Below, one piece after another: positions 7,232 through 13,158 of a stretch of 13,158 bases of DNA (positions are counted from its first letter, which is position 1; every line of letters starts with the position of its first letter). Both the position numbers and the translations under genes were made by a program. The notes below the pieces were generated by a model. That model did not search any database. It had not been told where the DNA came from and saw only the letters and a list, made by a program, of their open reading frames with translations. Source of the DNA: Candidatus Thorarchaeota archaeon (GTDB lineage Archaea > Asgardarchaeota > Thorarchaeia > Thorarchaeales > Thorarchaeaceae); NCBI GenBank assembly GCA_048884965.1, contig JBHLQH010000063.1, positions 1 to 13,158 on the forward strand. Direction: 5' to 3'.

Positions 7232-7248
7232 CGCAAATAACCTTTCGC
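7232..7248 (-). promoter_or_regulatory. BRE/TATA-like promoter for the ICMT-like gene
   Basis: The minus strand reads GCGAAAGG-TTATTTG about 40 nt upstream of ATG 7195. Confidence 0.45.
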
Positions 7249-7367
7249 AAAAATATGGAATGAGGAGAGTGGAGGCATGCGATAAAGCAGCCCCCACCTC
7301 TTCATGGGAGATAGAGATTTGCAACTACAAGATTGTAGGCGACATCTGTCGCATATGTATCTCCTCC
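7249..7367 (-). ncRNA. Candidate structured small RNA or leader RNA
   Basis: Preceded by TTTTATAT (7381-7374) and ended by TTTTT (7253-7249). It contains the stem GGAGATA/TATCTCC enclosing two hairpins, plus a long GC-rich hairpin at 7260-7305. Confidence 0.45.
7325..7354 (-). CDS. Candidate micro-ORF MRQMSPTIL (9 aa)
   Basis: GGAGG (7367-7363) lies 8 nt before ATG 7354, and the frame closes at TAG 7327-7325. Confidence 0.3.
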   Translation of the reverse strand: MRQMSPTIL

Positions 7368-7403
7368 AAATTCATATAAAAGGTTTGTCAAGCACGCTAT
7401 TTT

Positions 7404-7488
7404 GTACTATAAGTTGAATAAGTGTACTAATACACGTATATGGTGTGTACTTCACATTGAATACCTACTCATAATTGGGAGGCGTACT
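7404..7488. repeat. Phased GTACT-N5-TTGAATA-like repeats (candidate regulator-binding array)
   Basis: GTACTATAAGTTGAATA (7404), GTACTAATACACGTATA (7424), GTACTTCACATTGAATA (7447), CTACTCATAATTGGGAG (7465) and GTACT (7484), spaced 18-23 bp apart. Confidence 0.5.
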
Positions 7489-7489
7489 C

Positions 7490-8947
7490 CTATGTGGCTT
7501 CCACGATGTCGATGTCCGCTGCCTCTTCGCTCTCTAGGATTATCTCAAGGTCCTTAGCCTTTGGAATGGGATGTTTGAACGCCCACCACGTCAAGATAGT
7601 ACCAATTGTAGCGATGATGAAGAAGAATGTGAAGGAGGCAGAATAACCGAAAGCTGGAGTGAGCCATCCAAAGAACGGCATTAGGGGCAATGACGCAAGG
7701 ATGGTCAATGATGCCCTTAGTGAGTAGACCCCATTCCTGATCTTGTTTGGAATGACATCAATCAGCACACGCTGAGTTAGGATACCGCCGATTCCTCCGA
7801 AGAGGGAAGTGACTATGAAGAGAATTGCGATTAGGACTACTGGAATCACTGTCGCTACTGGAAATTCGAAGATGGGGATTGTTGTTCCAGGTATGATGAC
7901 ACTATAGACATCGCCCTGTTCAGCTGGAGGTGGAAAGACGGTAAGGATTGCCACGAGGATGCCGCAGAATGCTGCACCAACAAATCCTAGGAATCTGAAT
8001 TTGGGAATCCATTCTTTTGGCTCGTACTTTTTCGCCCATACTCCTGATCGTTCGGTGGTAACAGCTAGTGGCGCAAACATCAATGTTCGAAATCCAGAGA
8101 CCCCGATGTCTGTGAATAGGTATGCAAAGTATAATGGCCAAAGCATAAGGCTTCCCCAAACAGGGCCTACGCTGTAGAGGATGACTTCACCCAAGAAGAA
8201 GATGGAAATGAACCGACTCGATTTGAGGAAGAGCAAGCCCTCTTTCATGTTGGCAAAGTACTCGCGAATCGTTGGATTTTCATTCTGCTCAGGTCGTGCT
8301 CCAGGAAGATCATTCAAGACTCTAAGAATGATGATTGCCAAGAAGATCATCAGAAAACCCTGAAGCTGGAAGACCCAAGTCCGTTGCATAATGAGAGCGA
8401 TAACACTACCAGGTATGATGATCAATGTAGCAAAGATTTGAGAGATCATTCCCAATCGACCTTGGAAGACACCGTATTGTTTCCTGTCCTTATCGTTTGG
8501 CATCGCAATTCGATAGTTGTTGTCAAACCAGCTGCCCCATGCACCTGATTCCTGTGATGCTCCAAGCCCAAGGAAGAAGTAGATGAGTGCAAATAGCCAG
8601 AATGGTGACTGAGGAGTGCATATCGATGTTATCCAGTATGCCATCGTATAGCAAAGAAGGGCAGACGCGATGACGTACTTATGACCTATGGTATCACCAA
8701 GGCTACCAGTGGGGTAATCAAGGATTGTCTGAGTGACGTTTTGAATAACGAGCAGAACACCCACAAGTCCCATACCAACGAGATAATCACCATTTCCAAG
8801 TTGCTCTGCTATGAATATCATCCAGAAAGTGGTTGAGAGCTGAAAGGTGACCGAGAAGATGGGTATCAGCGATGCAATAGTGACCCCAAGACGCAAACCT
8901 TCGGGTGTGGCATCTGCTAATCCTAGAAGTCTTCCCATTCTGCTCAT
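7490..8947 (-). CDS. Major facilitator superfamily (MFS) transporter
   Basis: 485 aa with about 12 hydrophobic segments, motif A-like DYPTGSLGDTIGHK, and a second-half motif VIPNKIRNGVYS. Confidence 0.92.
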   Translation of the reverse strand: MSRMGRLLGLADATPEGLRLGVTIASLIPIFSVTFQLSTTFWMIFIAEQLGNGDYLVGMGLVGVLLVIQNVTQTILDYPTGSLGDTIGHKYVIASALLCYTMAYWITSICTPQSPFWLFALIYFFLGLGASQESGAWGSWFDNNYRIAMPNDKDRKQYGVFQGRLGMISQIFATLIIIPGSVIALIMQRTWVFQLQGFLMIFLAIIILRVLNDLPGARPEQNENPTIREYFANMKEGLLFLKSSRFISIFFLGEVILYSVGPVWGSLMLWPLYFAYLFTDIGVSGFRTLMFAPLAVTTERSGVWAKKYEPKEWIPKFRFLGFVGAAFCGILVAILTVFPPPAEQGDVYSVIIPGTTIPIFEFPVATVIPVVLIAILFIVTSLFGGIGGILTQRVLIDVIPNKIRNGVYSLRASLTILASLPLMPFFGWLTPAFGYSASFTFFFIIATIGTILTWWAFKHPIPKAKDLEIILESEEAADIDIVEAT

Positions 8948-8974
8948 GATATATCAGCAACCGAATTCTACATT

Positions 8975-9150
8975 CCTTTTTAAACACGAGTCACTATACG
9001 GAGTCACAACTAGTGTACTCAGAAAGTGTGTAGACCTATTTAAGGTATGAATAACGCAATTGCTGTAAACTGGTCACTAATAACCAGTTATTCTATATTC
9101 AGTGACCAATCCAGTAATGTAGGAAGAACCCACTTTGGTCTATGACCAGG
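8975..9150. promoter_or_regulatory. Divergent MFS/tldD promoter region with repeated GTCAC and TGGTC/GACCA sites
   Basis: Minus-strand TTTAAAAA (8984-8977); GAGTCAC at 8988 and 9001; AACTGGT-N8-ACCAGTT (9068-9089); TGGTCACT/AGTGACCA (9071/9101); TGGTC-TAT-GACCA (9136-9148). Confidence 0.5.
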
Positions 9151-9166
9151 AGACGTTCGAGGAATT

Positions 9167-10594
9167 ATGATAGAAAAACTTCAAGAATGCGTCAGTATCG
9201 GCAGGGACCTTGGAGCAGATTTTGTTGAGGCGCGATTTGATGACCTCAATCTTCGTACTCTGATGAGAACTGACGATATTTGGAAAGAGATACAGGTGAA
9301 ATCTCGATTGGGATTCGCCATCTCTTGTTATGTGGATGGAGTGACTGGCTTCTCATTTACTCCAAGTCCTGAAATGAATGAATTACGAAGTGCTGTTGAA
9401 CGCGCATATAAAATGGCGAAGGCTTCATCTGGAGCGGCAGAGCTCAAGCTACCCTTTGAGGAAAGACCTGCGGTAAAGAGCAAGGCTTCGGATACTCTCT
9501 CAGTCAAGACTCATCCAAGAGAGATCTCACTTGCTGAGAAGACTGACTTGGTCAACCGGGCAGTCGAAACCGCGAAGGACACAGCCGAGAGTGCTCGAAA
9601 CATCCGAGGGATGTATGGAGAGCTTTATGGTAAGAAGGCGTTTGCTAATAGTGACGGTTCTGAGATTGATTGGAACTTCCTAGTTGTAGACCTTCGTTGC
9701 TCTGTTACATCGAAAACTGACTCAGGTGACATGGTCGTAGGTTCGTCTAGCAAAGGTGGAACATATGGCCTAGAGATCTATAAGGAAGAGGAGTTCACTC
9801 CCGAATATATGGGCGCTGAAGCTGCATCCCGATCGAATGAGCAATTACAAGCAAAGGCATGCCCGGCTGGAAAATTCCGCTCGTTGATTGAAGAAAGCTT
9901 GGTCGGTGTGCTAGCCCATGAGTCCTTCGGTCATCTCTCAGAGGCAGATTTCATAGTCACAGGTGGCTCACCCCTTGCTGGAAAAGTCAATGAGCGTCTT
10001 GGAACTGAACATGCCACTATTGTTGATGGAGGGATAGTCGATATGAAGAAGACCGGAGGTCTATGGTTGCCATATGATGATCAAGGAACACCCACTGGAA
10101 AGACCACGGTTTTGGACAAGGGCATACTCAAGCACTATCTACACAATCGAGGGACTGCTCAGAAGTTGGAACAGAATCCTACAGGAAATGCTCGGGCAGT
10201 GACGTTCATGTATCCTCCTATTCCCCGCATGACTAACACATACTTCATGCCTGGAGATTTGAATGGTGAGCAGGAAGCTCTTGAGCTCCTTGGCAACGGG
10301 ATCTATGCTATTCAATCCTATGGAGGTCAAGTTCAAGGAGATGGCTCATTCCTCTTCAAGGCTGTTAGAGGCTATTATGTAGAGAATGGTGAGATCAAAT
10401 ACCCTATTCGAGAGGTTTCACTTTCAGGCAATATCTTGGAGCTTCTTGGTCGGGTTGAAGGAACAACAAAAGATCTGAAGATACGAGCAGGGTATTTCGG
10501 AGGCTGTGGTAAAGGCGATCAATTCCCGCTACCAACCGGACTTGGCGGTCCAATGGTTGTTATGGATGGAGTCACGTTTGGAGGACAAGCTTAG
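9167..10594 (+). CDS. tldD: TldD metalloprotease, catalytic subunit
   Basis: 475 aa with the metal-binding motif LAHESFGHLSEAD (HExxxH), YDDQG, TGNARA, PIPRMTNTY and a C-terminal GCGKGDQ carrying the conserved Cys ligand. Confidence 0.95.
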   Translation: MIEKLQECVSIGRDLGADFVEARFDDLNLRTLMRTDDIWKEIQVKSRLGFAISCYVDGVTGFSFTPSPEMNELRSAVERAYKMAKASSGAAELKLPFEERPAVKSKASDTLSVKTHPREISLAEKTDLVNRAVETAKDTAESARNIRGMYGELYGKKAFANSDGSEIDWNFLVVDLRCSVTSKTDSGDMVVGSSSKGGTYGLEIYKEEEFTPEYMGAEAASRSNEQLQAKACPAGKFRSLIEESLVGVLAHESFGHLSEADFIVTGGSPLAGKVNERLGTEHATIVDGGIVDMKKTGGLWLPYDDQGTPTGKTTVLDKGILKHYLHNRGTAQKLEQNPTGNARAVTFMYPPIPRMTNTYFMPGDLNGEQEALELLGNGIYAIQSYGGQVQGDGSFLFKAVRGYYVENGEIKYPIREVSLSGNILELLGRVEGTTKDLKIRAGYFGGCGKGDQFPLPTGLGGPMVVMDGVTFGGQA

Positions 10595-10607
10595 GAGGAT
10601 GATGTGA

Positions 10608-12005
10608 ATGGAATATGATACATTGAAAGATGAACTACTATCAGTTTCAGATACTGGTATAAAATATGCAAAGTCACTCAATCCTGATGCCGAGTTTGAG
10701 ATCTTCGTAATCTATGAGAACAATGCAGTTGCAAGAATTCAGCAGGGTGTGGTTTCAGCTAATGATGGCGCTACAGCTGGCAATGCTGTCCGTGTTGCAC
10801 TCAATAATCGAGTAGGCTTTGCTTCGTCAAGCGGTGTGAGTGCTGAACGAATCAAACTTAGCATCAAGGAAGCCTATGAGGTCGTTTCAAGTGTCGATGT
10901 TTTGGACGAGCGATTCAAGTCTCTACCTGATCCAAAGCCTCTCGGAAAGGAAGCGGAATTCGATGAGAAGATACTTGATCTCGGGATAGACACGCTCATC
11001 AAGGACTGTCAAGATATCGTCGCAGATGCAGCGAGTGTCAGCGAGAAGATACACTTCGTTGGGTCTCTGGCCACGACTGCTTGGGGTGGTTATGCGGTAG
11101 CAAATTCCCGAGGCTTGATAGGTGCGACCAGATATGGAAATTCCGGATGCTCGGTCAATGTGCAGGCAAAAGAAAATGAAGAGCGCCGTGGAGGCTTTGA
11201 ATTCGATTATGCTTGTCATCGTCTGTATCAGAAGGAAGGTCTGGGACAGAAGGCGTCTGAACTAGCCCTCAGTCTTCTTGGTGCGAAGAAGTTTGAAGTG
11301 ACTGAGAAGATGAAGACCGTCTGGACTCCTTTCTCTGCAGCAACATATATTCTGGCAAGTGTAGCTCAATCAACGCTAGGCAGTCCTGTCGTAGAGGGTA
11401 TCTCACCCTTGTGCGATATGATTGGGGATACAGTCGGACCTTCATTTTTGAATATCGTTGATGATGGTCAAGCCAAGCATGGTCTAGGGACAAATGCAAT
11501 CGATGGTGAAGGACTTCCTCAAAGGAGGAACCCAGTAATTGAGAAAGGAATCCTCAAGTCATTCCTCTTTGATTCCTATTTTGGGGCAGCATTTGGCGTA
11601 GACTCGACAGGTAACTGTGACAGAACCGGAGGCGTCTTTGGAGGTGGAGCAGCCTATGAAAACTCTCCTGGCGTATCTACTAAGTTTCTTGAGGTTTCTC
11701 CTGGCAAGAACTCTCTCGATGATATGATTGCCTCTATTGATGGAAAGGCGATCATGATCTTTGACTTTCCGATTGGCATCTTTCATGGTTCTGTAGCTAC
11801 CGGAGAATTCTCAGCTGTTGCAGCCTCAGCTTTCCTAATTGAGAATGGTGAGAAGAAATATCCAATTGAGCCAGTATCAGTAGCGGGTAACTTCTATGAA
11901 GGTCTCAAGAACCTCGTCGAGGTTGGCTCTGATCTCACTTCAATACCATATGGAATTGCCAATCCGTCCCTGGTCTTTGATGGGTTCAGTGTCACTAACC
12001 AATAG
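10608..12005 (+). CDS. tldE: TldE/PmbA, non-catalytic partner of TldD
   Basis: 465 aa starting 13 nt after tldD with SD GGAGG (10594-10598). Motifs DGEG, IEKGILKSFLFDSY, STGN, TGEFS and FLIENGE are present; HExxxH is absent. Confidence 0.92.
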   Translation: MEYDTLKDELLSVSDTGIKYAKSLNPDAEFEIFVIYENNAVARIQQGVVSANDGATAGNAVRVALNNRVGFASSSGVSAERIKLSIKEAYEVVSSVDVLDERFKSLPDPKPLGKEAEFDEKILDLGIDTLIKDCQDIVADAASVSEKIHFVGSLATTAWGGYAVANSRGLIGATRYGNSGCSVNVQAKENEERRGGFEFDYACHRLYQKEGLGQKASELALSLLGAKKFEVTEKMKTVWTPFSAATYILASVAQSTLGSPVVEGISPLCDMIGDTVGPSFLNIVDDGQAKHGLGTNAIDGEGLPQRRNPVIEKGILKSFLFDSYFGAAFGVDSTGNCDRTGGVFGGGAAYENSPGVSTKFLEVSPGKNSLDDMIASIDGKAIMIFDFPIGIFHGSVATGEFSAVAASAFLIENGEKKYPIEPVSVAGNFYEGLKNLVEVGSDLTSIPYGIANPSLVFDGFSVTNQ

Positions 12006-12011
12006 CGCATC

Positions 12012-12044
12012 TTTTTCTGGGAGCCAGTTGGCTCCCGCTTTTTC
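12012..12044 (+). terminator. Terminator after tldDE
   Basis: T-tract, then the hairpin GGGAGCCA-GT-TGGCTCCC (12019-12036), then TTTTT. Confidence 0.75.
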
Positions 12045-12118
12045 TAATCGAATAGCTTTTCAGCAGATATGAGGTTCATATAGCACTGTAAAGCCATTGC
12101 AGTAGAAGGCAGAGACTC

Positions 12119-12676
12119 ATGAGCTCAGTAGCTGATACCTATAAGGTACTCGTCGCAGGAGATGAGGAGACTGGCTATAGTCTATGTCTTCGTCTAACAG
12201 ATAAGGACATAGTAGATCCTCGTGTGCAGGCAGTGGAATCCCTCTCTCGAGATTGGCCAAAGGATGAGTGGACAAAGTTCTACACGGTCTCACTGGAGGG
12301 AAAGATTTCAACGGTCAAACTTGATTTGGAACTGCACGGACCGTGGGTATGGGAACTCTACAACGTCATGGATCCGAAGGATTACTTCAGACGTTTTGAT
12401 GGTGCTATTATATGTGGAAATCCAAAGAGACCCGATTCTTTGGGTGTCATCTCATCTCTCATAGAATCCATTGAGAGCAATATTGCTGCAAAGATACCCA
12501 TCATCATCATCGTGGATTCTACCAATGAATTGAAAGAGAAAGAAATCGCTCCCTTCGAGGAAGTTGCTAATAGCTTGAACATCGCCTTCGTAGCAGTTAA
12601 CATCCAAAATGGTAAGAATATCGAAGATGTGTTCAAGAATCTCGCAAGGGTCATCCATCAGAATGAACGACGATGA
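12119..12676 (+). CDS. Degenerate Rab-like small GTPase-fold protein (probable pseudo-GTPase)
   Basis: 185 aa. The Ras-fold framework is kept (YKVLVAGD, YFRRFDGAII, IPIIIIV, NGKNIEDVFKNLARVI), but G1 reads GDEETGYS and there is no DxxG, NKxD or SAK. Confidence 0.8.
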   Translation: MSSVADTYKVLVAGDEETGYSLCLRLTDKDIVDPRVQAVESLSRDWPKDEWTKFYTVSLEGKISTVKLDLELHGPWVWELYNVMDPKDYFRRFDGAIICGNPKRPDSLGVISSLIESIESNIAAKIPIIIIVDSTNELKEKEIAPFEEVANSLNIAFVAVNIQNGKNIEDVFKNLARVIHQNERR

Positions 12677-12682
12677 GCCGAT

Positions 12683-12705
12683 GCATACCTCATGACGAGG
12701 CATGC
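12683..12705 (-). terminator. Hairpin between the convergent pseudo-GTPase and carboxypeptidase genes
   Basis: Minus-strand RNA GCAUGCCUC-GUCAU-GAGGUAUGC forms a 9-bp stem with one G-U pair. There is no U-tract. Confidence 0.4.
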
Positions 12706-12720
12706 TCGACATTGCTCGTA

Positions 12721-13158
12721 CTAATCGAATAGTGCAGCATATTTTCTCTCTAGATATGACACGAATGGCTTTGCTGTAATTGCCTTTCCAGTTATGCGCT
12801 TGGCCAAATCACCTGGGTCGTATAGATCGCCCCATCTGTGGACATGCTCTTTGTGCCAATTCACTGCTGGTATGATCTCTCCGCGCGCTAGATTATCTAC
12901 CCAGTTTGGCATGTCCTGTTTCATCTGGTCATACCAAAGACCATCATATACATTCCCCAGGGCATAGCTTGGAAAGTATCCGTAGTATCCACTAGCCCAA
13001 TGAGTGTCTTGCAGAACACCTTCAGCATCAGTTTCTATCTTGATACCAAGGTACTCCTCGTATTTTTGCCTCCAGATATCAGGTAATTCGGATATCTCAA
13101 TCTTCCCTGCAAATAGATCCCGCTCTATCTCAAATCGGATGATGATATGCAAAGAGTA
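12721..13158 (-). CDS. Carboxypeptidase, peptidase family M32 (carboxypeptidase Taq-like), C-terminal part truncated by the window edge
   Basis: HIIIRFEIE, LPDIW, YLGI, GVLQDTHW and GYFPSYALGN are M32 C-terminal signatures. The HExxH motif would lie outside the window. Confidence 0.93.
   Translation of the reverse strand, partial: YSLHIIIRFEIERDLFAGKIEISELPDIWRQKYEEYLGIKIETDAEGVLQDTHWASGYYGYFPSYALGNVYDGLWYDQMKQDMPNWVDNLARGEIIPAVNWHKEHVHRWGDLYDPGDLAKRITGKAITAKPFVSYLERKYAALFD

Noticed and set aside
7260-7305. SECIS-like hairpin starting with AUGA
   Set aside because: AUGA pairs canonically with UCAU, the opposing GA quartet is missing, and no selenoprotein with an in-frame UGA is adjacent.
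7214-7354. Pyrrolysine read-through of the micro-ORF TAG giving a 46-aa protein
   Set aside because: The extension has no recognisable features, crosses the ICMT promoter, and no pyl genes are in the window.
7304-7364. tRNA-like cloverleaf (7-bp closing stem, internal hairpins, nearby CCA on the minus strand)
   Set aside because: There is no T-arm GTTCRA, no D-loop GG and no 7-nt anticodon loop, and the CCA is not in NCCA position.
7194-7379. 61-aa plus-strand ORF in the intergenic region
   Set aside because: It has no RBS, overlaps the ICMT start and promoter, and local promoter and terminator signals point to the minus strand.
7404-7488. CRISPR array
   Set aside because: The units are about 20 bp and degenerate, with no room for spacers and no cas genes.
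134-12005. RiPP biosynthetic cluster (radical SAM, methyltransferase, TldDE, MFS, short peptide)
   Set aside because: The genes are scattered in mixed orientations, the radical SAM lacks RRE/SPASM domains, there is no YcaO, and no convincing precursor peptide is visible.
438-12712. Short alternative-frame and antisense ORFs from the six-frame track (e.g. 438-656, 1009-1272, 5224-5511, 5457-5831, 7920-8159, 10923-11219, 12382-12654)
   Set aside because: They overlap well-supported genes and show no motifs or translation signals, so they are treated as shadow ORFs.

Overview
Archaeal chromosomal DNA, most likely from an Asgard archaeon (Thorarchaeia-like). This is inferred from two Rab-like small GTPase genes, C-terminally anchored surface proteins, TATA-box promoters and GGAGG/GAGGTG ribosome-binding sites. 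In order, the window holds: an uncharacterised radical SAM enzyme; a secreted beta-propeller-like protein split by a +1 frameshift; a NosD-like beta-helix surface protein; a MarR-like regulator with a hypothetical partner; an intact Rab-like GTPase; two divergent single-pass membrane proteins, one with a probably cytoplasmic Ig/adaptin-appendage-like domain; a degenerate ICMT/STE14-family protein; a structured 294-bp intergenic unit; an MFS transporter; tldD-tldE; a P-loop-dead pseudo-GTPase; and the 3' end of an M32 carboxypeptidase. No rRNA, tRNA, CRISPR array or mobile element is evident. The best leads are the unannotated structured RNA/micro-ORF unit at 7249-7488, the GTPase plus membrane-anchored appendage-like protein plus ICMT-like neighbourhood, and the pseudo-GTPase. 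All family calls come from motif recognition by eye, not database searches.
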